Source: Polymyxa betae A26-41
Taxonomy: Eukaryota; Protista; Endomyxa: Phytomyxea
NCBI GenBank assembly: GCA_003693705.1
Contig: RBZT01000125.1
Span: forward strand, 467,966 to 531,965
Direction: 5' to 3'
Length of the DNA stretch: 64,000 nucleotides
The notes under the pieces were generated by a model. The model ran no database searches. It saw only the letters and a list, made by a program, of their open reading frames with translations, and was not told the origin of the DNA. Numbering within the stretch: the first letter of the stretch is position 1; each line of letters begins with the position of its first letter. Below, piece by piece: positions 53,601-64,000 of this stretch. The translations under genes were made by a program, and so were the position numbers.

Positions 53601-55839
53601 TCCCTTTTCTATAGGATTTTTTGCTGATAAACACACCAACAGCTTAGCGCACAAGCCGTTCCCGTTCGTTCCGGAAATAATGTAATGCAGCTTACCCTGT
53701 GCGAAAAAGAAGTGCAAGCCGATGAAAGCAGCAGAAGCAGTTCCTGGCGGAAAAAATTCAAATTGACTAAGGCAAAACTGAACGACGCCCGTGCTCAGAT
53801 CGACTCCATGGGCCAGCAAGTCTGAACACACTTATATCCCTCTCAATGCTCATGTCAATATTTAGATCAATCAACTTCAAGCCCAATCCGTACAAGCACA
53901 GCAAGCATTCTCTGAAGAAAAGAAGAAAATGCAGCTGAATTTAAAAGAAAAGTATGAGCTGAAACATCAGAGAAACCTTGATGAGGTACTGTCTTGAACA
54001 CTGTAGAGCTAATCTTAAAGATCAACTTTGATTTTAAGGCAACAGTTTCGTTGAAAGAAAACATAGCGCAATTGAATCTCCATCTGAAAGAGGAGATTTC
54101 ACTTCATACTGCTCAATTCGAGGCTTTGTTGAAGGAATTTGAAAGGTCCTACTCGAGTGCTTTCCGTCATATTTCAGACAATGACGACGCTACGTCACCA
54201 CAGATACCGTCATGAACATCAACATGTTGTAGAAAAGTACGAAAGCAAGCTTGCTGAAGTTGCCAAGGAAAAATCTGTTACTAGGGGATTGGTTCAGCTT
54301 GTGGATCCTAACGGAGACCTCAGTCCGAGGTTCGTGATTAACATGTCTGTTCTCCACCTGGCTCTAAACAATTGAAGGACTGATAGAACCACTGATTGCT
54401 CTGAATGTCATCACCTGAAATCCGTTCAAAAAGATTTGGAAAGGGTTCGAGAACAGCTCTCTGCTGCTAATGCAACATGCAGAGAACTTCGTCATGATCT
54501 GCATAGATCAATAAATGAGAATTTGTTGCATCAAGAAAATGCAAGTTCTTTTGATAGATCAAGATCTCCAAGCGCCGCCGATGGTGAACATGAAAGAGTT
54601 AGTTCATGTGCTCATCATCTACTGAAGATGAATTTATATATGCAGGCGATTGCCAAATTAGAGAACAAGCTACAGCAGTGTCGGGCTCAGATCAAGTCAT
54701 TGGCAACTGCAGCAAATGTATCGGCATCAAGCGTGAAGGAAATAAACGAATTAAAACCCAAGCTCGAAAATATGAGGCAAAGTCTTGACGATAAAGACAA
54801 AAGGGTAAATGCTTTTCAATGCTACAATTGGCATTTACAACTTAAGCCGATGTGCTCAGATTAAATCTTTGCAATCATCTATTGTGCATCGAGATAAGAT
54901 TATTGAGGATCTGAATGCTCGTATTCGTTCCGCATCCGGAGCTGACCGCGAGACAAAGGAATCTATTCGCAGTCTCCAAGACAAGTTGAGCCGTTCCAAT
55001 GTCAATTTGGCGACGAAACAGGCTTTCATAAAAGAGTTGCAAGAAAAGGTATAAATGCTGGATTATAATGCTTTCGCTCTCTCTGATTTCTTAGCTTGAG
55101 CGATTGGAAATGCAATGCGATAAAAAAGAATCACAGTTGGAATCATTGCGGCATTGCAAATCAGCGTTACAAAGAAAAGAATCAGCAATGAATGGAATTC
55201 AGACGGAATTGGGAAGCTCAGTAAAACGATGCAAAGATCTTGAGCAAAGTATCACTGAACTTCAAAGAAATGTGGCTGAATGCCAAAAGACCATATGCCT
55301 GTTAGAGAAGGTATTTTGCTAAAGTGAGTTGCTGCCCCTGACAGTATTAATTCCGTTTGCAGAATATAAAGCAATCTAAAGAGGAAAACAACAACTTAAA
55401 GGAATCTTTGAGAGCAGTTGGCGAATATCTTCTTTGTTGTATCTCCCGTCTCAAAGAGGAACTTATTCTTCTCTCCAACAAGACCGATGCCATTGGCCAT
55501 TTTTCCCAAGAGCTAAATGTTGATCCAAGTATACTTACGAAAACTGTAAGCGGTTCAAGAAGACCCACTGTTTGCGTTTACTTTAGTTTAGTTGCCAGAA
55601 TTCACCTTGTTGGATTTGCATGAATTGCTAGGACCACCACAGGAGGTTGGCTATGCGCCTGAAGATCACGAAATCAAGATTTCGCAATTGTAATCAACTT
55701 AAATTGCTTTGGGAATTGTTTCTTATTGTGTGACAGGATCCGCGATTTGCAAGATAATCCAAGGACTATTAAAACGCTGAAAGAATGGATTGATGAGAAG
55801 GCTCAACTCGAACAAAAAAGAATATCTACTCCAGGTTAA
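47657..55839 (+). CDS. Very large coiled-coil protein with N-terminal MSP/ASH-like Ig fold (probably centrosome/basal body); may be more than one gene
   Basis: LLSIEPEEVVFTSVRLNQVYTQCVRINNP..VNPNSLRL at the N-terminus, then >30 short plus-strand exons of heptad-rich E/K/Q/L sequence; stop at 55837-55839. Confidence 0.7.
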
Positions 55840-56138
55840 AATTATTTATTCTACCACTATTTATTACGTATACAAGAACGAAATAAACTTTTCAAGCCTT
55901 GTTACGGGTTGACAGCGCCTTTTATAGGCGCGCCAACGGCCAAGCCAGTGATTATGGTGGCCGCCCTCACTTACAGATTTGGACAGTAGTAGTCTGTGAC
56001 AGGAGACCGAGTTTCGCTGGGTCGGTCGTAGCTTGGTAGGAGCACCACACTCTCACCACCTTGATTTACCTCTAGTCTGGTCCACACTGTGCCTCTTTAC
56101 TTCATTTCAGTCATCGGACAAAGCGTTCGCATCAACCC

Positions 56139-56774
56139 ATGGTGACCTACACCAATGAAGAGCTGCAAGGGATGCAGCGCCGAGATCTACAGGCGCTGGC
56201 CAAGAAGTATGACGTTCGTGCTAATGGAAAGGTAAAATTAGTTAGCTATATGATAATTCGCTGATCGTTTATCTAGACCACAGAAATCATTGCAGATCTC
56301 TTAGCAGTGTTTGAGAAAGGGGACGGAGCTGCTCCTCCAAGCCCGTCCGCCGAAGCTTCTCCAAAAGGTAGTGCAAAAGCAGCGCGCAGCAGATCGGCTT
56401 CTCCCAGCCCGAAAGCTTCTGGTTCACCCTCGAAACTGCCGGCCTCTCCAACAAAGTCTGCACGCTCTCGCTCTCCGAGCCCAATGGCCGCATCTAACAA
56501 GTCGCGATCTCATTCCCCAAGCCCCAAAGCTGCTTCGAAATCTCGGTCGCGCTCGCCCAGCCTGGCCAAGAGCCCCAAGAAGATCCCTGCTGAATTAGCC
56601 CAGGAAATCAAAGAGGCTAGCGCCAACCGATCGCCAATCCCGCCGCTCCCTAAACCAACTGAGGAAATGAAGACTGTTCACAAGGAACTAAAACGAAAAG
56701 CAGAAGAGCTGTCGCCATCTAGCAGCCCAAAGAAAGCGAAAACAGACGCCGTCGCCGATGATGCTGCCGACTAA
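56139..56774 (+). CDS. Small basic nuclear protein: SAP-like N-terminus plus SP/SPKK-rich tail
   Basis: Exon 1 56139-56231, intron 56232-56276; EELQGMQRRDLQALAKKYDVRANGKTTEIIADLL then RSxSPSP/SPKK repeats and KRK..SPKKAK. Confidence 0.82.
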
Positions 56775-56871
56775 AGTGATGCTAGGAAGTTTGAAACATA
56801 ATCCAAATGCTTAACGCCAACCACTAATAATGTCGTAATAGCAACTTCGATGCCAATTTATAAGCAGTTAA

Positions 56872-58123
56872 TTAAGCAGCCTTGGTAGCTGATCCTTTCT
56901 CGATACGCTTGATTCTTGAATAAGGACCCATGCTTGGCATAGTGATATAGTTATATATAACAGCAACCCAGGAAGTATGAATAGCCAAGCCCTGGCCATC
57001 CCAGTTTTTCCATCTTTCATCATAAAACTCAGGGGCGATTTGCTTTACGAACGGGAGACGGAATCCGGATATCTTTGGGAAATCGTGGTGCTCATTGTGA
57101 TAGCTGAGGTTGGAGCATTAAAACTCAATCAATCAGGAAAGCAATATTGGCATACATACCCGACATTGAAACAAAGATAATTCAAAGGACCATAATAGGA
57201 GTATGTCTGCTCGAGATCATCAGCAACCCTTTCATGCATAAACTCATGAGAAACCTTACTTCTTGGCCGAGGATAAATTGATAATGTTCAGAAATAAAAT
57301 GCCCAGCAACAGGATGTAAACCCATACCAAGAACAGTGGAGGAGATAAGATACACAAGCGCCCAACCAGATGCATACTTGCACAAGAAATAATCGAATTG
57401 GACACAGATAACGGCATTTATGATCTCCATCTGGTTGGGGATTAATGGTCGAACGCACACTAAATCGGATCTGAGAGAGACATTTACACAGAAAAGCGCC
57501 ATAGTACTCACATGGACGTAAAGCGTAAAACAAGGGCTGCAGGATAACCCAAATAATTTTCCGAAATGTTGTGTTGAATATGCGACCTTCGAATTCTGTT
57601 GGAATATCGGTATCATATTTATCAGAACCTTGGAAATAGTGATGCTCAAGGTGATATCGCTTGAAAGTGATTGCTGTCGGTAAGCCATGTGCTAAATTGC
57701 TGAACAGCAGTGAAAAGATAGGCAAGATATTGAACTGATAATTACCTGAACATAGCTAAAATTTCATTATAAAGAGGTGTATGGAATGCTAAGTTGTGTG
57801 ATAGTTCATGATTAGCCAGACTTAAAGCATGATTTACAGTGCCTCCAAACGCGTATGCTACAACGAAGAACATCCAAGCTGGCATCTTCCAAGCGTTGAT
57901 AGCAACGACAAACTGGATTGAAACCAGAAACAGAATCCAATACAGCAAACGAATATCGGGACCATATAAATCCCGAATCTCAGGATGTGCTTTTAGGATT
58001 GCCCGCCTGCCTTTGATAAGCTCAGTAACGGACATAAAGCCCAGGCGCTCAAGCATTACGTGATGCGTGCGGCTCATCTTCTCCAACTCGACGGAAGTCG
58101 GTGGTCGAGACGGATTGCCCCAT
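56872..58123 (-). CDS. DEGS1: Sphingolipid delta-4 desaturase (DES1)
   Basis: [28 protein letters not shown]; His boxes HELSH, YHLEHH, YHNEHH; [13 protein letters not shown]. Confidence 0.96.
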
Positions 58124-58702
58124 TATACTCTATTGACAAGGACCTTGTGAGTGCCAACACAGTCGCAAATGATATTCAGAATGATGTTATGACGACAGAG
58201 AAAACCATTTACTAACTACCAATTGGTTGCGTCTTACCACGCCCCAGTCGCCACTACACTTGGCCACGTTAATCCGTAACGTGAAGCAGCATTTTAGGGC
58301 GCCGGGTCCCAATTCGTTTCAATAGAGTCGTCTATCAATATCGAATCCTTGTATTAACAAATCTTATCTTATACTGTATAATAATGACATGCGTACATTC
58401 AATAGGCCTTTACCGTATTTTATAGGAACGCGACTTTCGAAACTTGTTCATGAGATTTGATTGCCCAGGTTGTAGTTGCTTTATACGGTCGGAGGCGCTG
58501 CTAACAATTACCTGTCAAGGCACGCGCTGGCATGACCAAGTGAAAAGGCCAGCACGCTGCTGCCTTTTGAGAAATTCGTTGCAGACTGAAAGAGTGGACT
58601 TGAGCGGCCTCTTATCACCGGCGTTACAAATTTGACCAGAACAAGAGCACCGAATTCGATTGGTAATTGATTCTTCTAGATACCGTCATAACATAGATTC
58701 GG

Positions 58703-60275
58703 ATGGATTCTCAAGGCAGCAGTGATTTGACGCCTGCTGTGGGTGCTGGCACTTTGGCAGCTGTGTGTGCTGGATCGGCGGCCATCGCCGCAACAGCTAC
58801 GTATTTGCTGTCGAATTCCAACCACAAAGGAAAATTAGGTCTCGATAGGCTGTGTTGATTCGATCGGGATTGCTAAGTTAAAGCTCCAGAGGATGAGGTT
58901 GTCATGCTTCGAAAAGAATGCAGCAGTCTACGTGATGCTAATGAACGCCTTCAAAAGATGGCTGCGCAGGGCAGCAAAGCTCAGAATCAATCCGATAGCA
59001 ATTTGACAGTTGCTGAGCGTGAAACTCTGAAGGCTGTTTTTGATGTAAAATTCTGTTTGCTGTGTTGCTTTGATGCTAACAGCGATTTCTAAAGTGCTTT
59101 GACACGAACTCGTGCGGTGCATTGACAGTTGAAGACATTATGAAAGTTCATATTAAGCTGGGTGAGCCATTATCAGATGAAGAGGCTGCTCAAGCCATGG
59201 ACCAGTTCGACCCACAGAAAACGGGTATGGTCACTTTCCAACAATTTCGGTAAAAGTCCCAAAAAGATTTGCTAAATTCAACTCAATTTCCGATTCGCAG
59301 AGAATGGTGGGAGAAGAGCCACGAAGATTTTGAAAGTGCGGCGAACTATCGGCAAAGATTTAAATTGCTCCGAGCGAAACTTGAAGATCCCACCGGGTTC
59401 GACATCAGCAAGATTCAAACGCAGCAAATTGGACAGCCAGGATCGCGACGGTTTCGTGTCAAATTTTATTACAAGCAGAAAAATGACGCTCTTCGTCAAA
59501 TCTCGCCATGGCATGATATCCCTTTATTCAACCTGGGTTCTGGAACCGACGCCAAGATTTTCAACGTACCCAAATTTATTCTGACTTCTGTTTTCTGATC
59601 CGGCTTTATAGTTCATTTGTGAAATCCCCAAATGGACCAGAGCCAAGTTCGAAATAGCCACTGGAGAATTGTTCAATCCCATTAAGCAAGATGTCAAGAA
59701 CGGCCAGCTTCGATTCTACAAACACGGTGATATGATGTTCAATTATGGAGCATTTCCGCAAACATGGGAGGATCCAAAGTACCTCCATCCAGATACAGAT
59801 CGGCCTGGTGATAACGACCCAATCGACGTCATCGAGATTGGAACACGACAGATGAAAACGGGGGAAGTCGCGGCTGTCAAAGTTCTCGGGATTTTGGCGC
59901 TGATCGACGACAACGAAACGGACTGGAAAGTACTGGCAATTCGTGTAGGAAGTTCCCGCTGTGTTTTGATGAAGGTTTAAAACTGCAGTTAGATCGATGA
60001 TCCGTTAGCACATGAATTGAACGACATCGATGATGTTGAAGATAAGGTTCCTGGGGCTATTCATGCCATTCGGGAATACTTGCGGGTCTATAAGGTCCAC
60101 GATGGAAAGCCCGAAAATACATTCGCTCTGGACGAGGAGTTTATGACCAAGGTTTTTTGTATTCCGAAAACCTGTTGTTTTTATTGAGATTTTCTAGGAC
60201 TTTGCTCTGTCTGTAATTGAACATACACACAAGACATGGTTGGCACTTAGGTCCGATAATAAAGACACAGTATAA
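58703..60275 (+). CDS. Family I inorganic pyrophosphatase with N-terminal hydrophobic anchor, coiled coil and EF-hand pair
   Basis: ISPWHDIPL, EIPKWTRAKFEI, NPIKQDVK, NYGAFPQTWEDP, GDNDPIDV, DDNETDWK; spliced EF-hand pair LKAVFDCFDTNSCGALTVEDI..LGEPLSDEEA..DQFDPQKTGMVTFQQF. Confidence 0.92.
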
Positions 60276-60411
60276 ATTTCCAGTTTCTATTACAGATTAG
60301 ATTCATCTTTCATATTGGATTCCAAATTGATGTCATTCAGTATTCAATCATGTGTAGAAATCAGCTCCTGAGTTTCGCAGGCCATCATTCGCATTTCTCG
60401 CAATATATTTA

Positions 60412-61286
60412 ATGTCGAATCGAAAACCTGCAGACCTCTCGACGGCTCTAGCTGCCTTCGAAGCCGAGCTCAGCGCCTATGAAGTACCCAAGCCTAGGCC
60501 TGCGACTAAGCCGGCCCCTGCACGGCCAGCAGCGCTCGGCGTCGTGACCGGCGTTGCTCAGCCGTCCCATACACGCCAGAAGTCGACATTATCGACATCG
60601 TCCTATAGCGCTCCGCCTGTTGTAAACATTCGTAAACCGCCTGAAGAGCCTAAATCACCAGAACCTGGTACATTACTTTATATTTTTTCAGGATTTATTG
60701 TTTATCTGCTCTGTAGAGCCATCGCGTGTCCATCAATACAGCACAACGTATAGCAGCGATATGCAGACGAAATATAATGAAGCTCAAACGAAGGCGATGC
60801 AGTTCCGAACAGATTCGGTCCAGCATTCGTATGGGAAAGCGACCAGGACAGCTTCTGTCACGAGGAAGGCGGCAGGAAAGACTTGGGAAGATGCCACCCT
60901 TGCTGATTGGCCAGCCAGTAATCAGTCAGTATCGTCTTCTCAAGTTTCGTATTAACTTCTTATGTCAGATGATTATCGATTGTTTTGTGGCGATCTTGGA
61001 AACGAAGTCAACGATGATTTGCTTTCGAGTATGTTTTCGAAATATCCTTCGTTTGCAAAGGCGAAAGTGTGCAGACAAAAGCGGACCGGAAAGACGAAAG
61101 GATACGGCTTTGCGAGTTTTATGGATGTTAACGACTTCATGGCCGCGTTCAAAGAAATCGACGGTCAGTATGGACCTGTTGCAGTGTTAGCGGTTTCCGA
61201 TTCATTCGTCATATCCAGGTAAATATGTAGGAAATCGGCCGATAAAATTACGAAAGTCCACTTGGAAAGAAAGAAATGCAAACTAA
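60412..61286 (+). CDS. RBM42: RRM protein RBM42 (U4/U6.U5-associated)
   Basis: RKAAGKTWEDATLADWP, DYRLFCGDLGNEVND, KTKGYGFASF, GKYVGNRPIKLRKSTWKER. Confidence 0.95.
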
Positions 61287-61455
61287 GTGCAAAATCTTAT
61301 AGATTTCCTGGATAATATGTTTGGTTTTCACAAAGAACCGTGGCCAAGACTTGTATAATGATCATTGTTTCACATTATTTCTCTCCAGTTTGCATCTCAT
61401 CTTCTGCTACTAACTATGCTGTTCTTCATCATCTATCTGTGTACTGTTCTTCAGA

Positions 61456-61904
61456 AAATAAACACCTGGGGTCATTAATATCAAAGTAGGCCAAAAGCTA
61501 ACAGCGTACATCGCCTTCCTGCCGCCCTACCACATTTATTAGAATTGCTGAAAGAGTCCGGCTTCGAGAGCGTCGGACATCAACTAAAGTTCCATCTATG
61601 AAACCGAGACAGCTTCTGCGGGGTTCGGCAAACGAATTTCCTCAGCGAGAAAGTAGTTGATACAAGAAGCTGCGAGCAATACGTCGTCGCATGTGGCTGA
61701 AGGGGAACAGTTCCACCCGTCAGCACTGAAAGTGATGGTGTTGTCGTTCTTTATAAAAAGAATCAAATGAAGCAAGCGCTGGTCTGGATTCTATAGAGCT
61801 CGGCCAAAAATGCCACGAGTTGTAGATCTCGCTGTTGTTGCAAAAACAGGGCGAACTTTCGAGCACAGTTCTTCAGATTCCGAGGATGTGAAGTTCGTCA
61901 GCAA
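61456..61904 (-). mobile_element. Decayed PIF/Harbinger (DDE_Tnp_4-type) transposase
   Basis: Across frameshifts: LTNFTSSESEELC..GRAL*NPDQRLLHLILF, EEIRLPNPAE, CLGFIDGTLVDVRR (IDGT at 61588-61599), W*GGRKAMYAV. Confidence 0.72.
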
Positions 61905-62136
61905 TTAGAGGCAATCTTCCTTAATAACTCAAATGGTCCCTCACACCTTCATTGGGATCAACAAGGCGTTTCTCCTCACCTGATCATTGCTCGTCTTCGA
62001 AACTCTGTTGCAGTGAGAGCACGACATGCTTCCACGTCCTCTGCGACTTTGCCGTTGTGCTGAAATTGGGACTATCCAATCGATTGAACGAACGAAAGCT
62101 CCAATCCGAGACGCACGGCTGAGAGAACGAGAGTAT

Positions 62137-62303
62137 TATATATAGCGCGATCTCCCGCCCGACTTCGCATGTCTGTTCTCCACTATAACGGCTGGAATGA
62201 TCCACCGTCCACTATAGCTATATATAGAGCGAGCTCCGGACTTCGCATGTCTCTTCTCCTCTCACGGTTGGAATGATCCACTGTAGATATATATAGCACG
62301 ATC
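62137..62303. repeat. Imperfect tandem repeat (82- and 69-nt units plus a partial third), each starting TATATATAG
   Basis: Shared blocks tatatatag.gcga.ctcc, gacttcgcatgtct.ttctcc, acgg.tggaatgatccac at 62137, 62219 and 62288. Confidence 0.9.
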
Positions 62304-62685
62304 AGCCCTAATAACGTGTCGTGCTTACGCCGAAACTTGCGTTTGCCGAATTCTGGCACAGTGCCAGCATTTCTTTTCCGTCTGCTATTCGCGAGTCTTA
62401 CTTTGCAATTTCGAACTCATCATGTGCGGCGACGACGGCGACAATCGCGCTCACACCAATGTGATAATGAGAGGTCTGGTCGCTGTAGCCTTCATGCTAT
62501 TCGGTCTGATGCAGCTGCCTGCCGCCTTACCAACGTAAAGACATGTTATTGCATACAAGATCATAGAGTATCTGATTGTCGTTGCAGCCCTTTAATTCAT
62601 GGATCGGAGATGTCGGTGCAGACGGCATCTTCGACCACCCCCTTGCTGATCATCATGTCCGTGCTGGCCATTATGCTGACCGCTT

Positions 62686-62973
62686 TCATGCGCAAGTGAT
62701 CGACCTCTGATTTGACGCGACATCAGATGGGAGTATTCCCCTACAAAAATAATAAGTATACAATAAAAGGTCTTGAACATCTCTGTCACTATTCTGCTTT
62801 TGGAGAACAGCGAGTTGGTTGCAAATGGAGGCGACAAGGTTCATCGCTGCAACTTTCTCCACACTCTTACCAGCATCCTTTGCTTTCTTCAGCTCTGCCT
62901 CGGCATCGTCAAGTCGGCGCTTGAGCTCAGCGACATCATTAGCACCAGACCCTCCCGACGACAACGATGCCAT
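62686..62973 (-). CDS. Short helical ORF (coiled-coil hairpin), gene fragment or small protein
   Basis: MASLSSGGSGANDVAELKRRLDDAEAELKKAKDAGKSVEKVAAMNLVASICNQLAVLQKQ followed by an intron-like T-rich segment. Confidence 0.4.
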   Translation of the reverse strand: MASLSSGGSGANDVAELKRRLDDAEAELKKAKDAGKSVEKVAAMNLVASICNQLAVLQKQNSDRDVQDLLLYTYYFCRGILPSDVASNQRSITCA

Positions 62974-62977
62974 GACA

Positions 62978-63390
62978 AACGATGATGGAGAAAACACGAT
63001 GCACTAAGAAAGTTCATAGATTAGTCGCCCAAATTTTTATTGAAAATCCTTTTAACCACCCAGCAAGTAGACCATATCGATAGAGATAAAACAACACGAT
63101 GTTGATCATCTACTATGGGTATTCAGAAGAATGGGCACAATAGGGCCGATCATAACGAGCATGAAAATGTCATGAAAAGGAAAGACAGAGATGGTTACAG
63201 GGTTCAGTTTTCGTTCCGATCTCGAAACAGAATAGATCAATCGTTTGCCAATATTGATGATGCCATTGATATTTCGTGATTCTATCCAGAAAAAGATCGA
63301 CACCAATGAAGAAATATGCAAGGTATTCGTCGATCTTTATGGAAACGATAACCAACTTAATTTCTCAAAACTAAACTTCAAAAATGACAC
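62978..63390 (+). pseudogene. Frameshifted HNH-AP2 homing endonuclease relic
   Basis: KKVHRLVAQIFIENPFNHP (from 63006) / QVDHIDRDKT (63064-63093) / DVDHLLWV / KNGHNR, then ENVMKRKDRDGYRVQF..QSFANIDDAID/FRD; AT-rich and no introns evident. Confidence 0.8.
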
Positions 63391-63721
63391 ATAAATCGAA
63401 AAGTAGAGAATTTTCTCAGGTAACCCCTTTCCCTACCTCCGGAAAAAAGGTCAGTTGCCGGTCTATACTAAAATTGTAGAGTTAAGTTGACGGAAACTGT
63501 AAAACACGATGATAATCCTGTGAAATGTTCTTCCATCAAAGTAAAGGAAACATAAATTGTTGCATCTTAATTAGTCGGTATCTCAGAAATGCAAGAAAAA
63601 AAAGGTCAAAATCGACCATCTTCAAGTCCGTGACGGATTCCTAACAATGGTTCAGACGGTCGCCCTCTGAGAAAATCGCCACGAATTCGGTCGTACTGGA
63701 CCGCCACGTTACGACGACGCG

Positions 63722-64000
63722 ATGGGGCCCGGTCAGGATGTCGAACAATCGACGGCGATCTCAATGGCGGCCGACGCCCTTCTGGATGCGATTCAGCTCC
63801 CGGAACATCCCGATACCACCTTCACATCCGTCTCCGCATCTCCGGACGCCGTACACGCCCATCTCGCACGCATCCAGCGCCTGCTCAGCAGCGATGCGGC
63901 CCAGCAGCAGCAGCAGCTCCAGTGCGCTGCCGGCGATGTCGTCCTGGGCGTACCGGCCCCGCGCCCCATCCAGCTCACATTTCGGGCCCCGGACGAGGTC
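63722..64000 (+). CDS. 5' end of a gene running off the right edge
   Basis: In-frame ATGs at 63722 and 63764; GC-rich open frame (MAADALLDAIQLPEHP...) to the window end. Confidence 0.6.
   Translation, partial: MGPGQDVEQSTAISMAADALLDAIQLPEHPDTTFTSVSASPDAVHAHLARIQRLLSSDAAQQQQQLQCAAGDVVLGVPAPRPIQLTFRAPDEV

Noticed and set aside
58517-58568. Hairpin with ATGA and AAAA suggesting a SECIS element
   Set aside because: Helix spacing does not fit SECIS, it lies 5' of both flanking genes, and I found no in-frame TGA selenoprotein nearby.
62137-62303. Repeat array considered as CRISPR-like
   Set aside because: Eukaryotic context, no cas genes, and inter-block sequences are homologous rather than unique spacers.

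Overview
Eukaryotic, gene-dense nuclear DNA with very short spliceosomal introns (mostly 45-57 nt, GT-AG, CTRAY-like branch points) and often <150 bp between genes. The ORF track therefore shows exon fragments; I rebuilt genes by splicing by hand. The compact architecture, a CBM18 protein and a TTTTAGGG-type motif suggest a phytomyxid (plasmodiophorid) protist, which is inference only. About 25 protein genes are present. Most are housekeeping: RhoGEF, GST, UGGT, Aquarius, UBE2J1, a dual-specificity phosphatase, P-type H+-ATPase, DOLPP1, GPAT, ERCC1, PI3K, DEGS1, a pyrophosphatase and RBM42. There is also one tRNA-Leu(CAA) and several decayed mobile-element patches (PIF/Harbinger transposase, HNH-AP2 homing endonuclease, probable LTR integrase, possible tyrosine recombinase). 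The standout is a six-exon, 551-aa secreted protein at 13818-15728 (-). It joins a histidine-brace LPMO-like domain, a hevein/CBM18 chitin-binding module, a bacterial-type cytochrome-c-like domain that keeps its His/Met heme ligands but has lost both CxxCH cysteines, and a C-terminal Cys-rich module. It is a candidate chitin-oxidising enzyme carrying its own electron-transfer domain. Other unusual architectures are an FHA + tandem CHD-type SANT/SLIDE protein with no ATPase, a WW-domain PI3K, a SAP domain inserted in Aquarius, a membrane-anchored EF-hand pyrophosphatase and a stand-alone C4 PARP-type zinc finger. All domain calls come from motif recognition by eye; no database searches were run.
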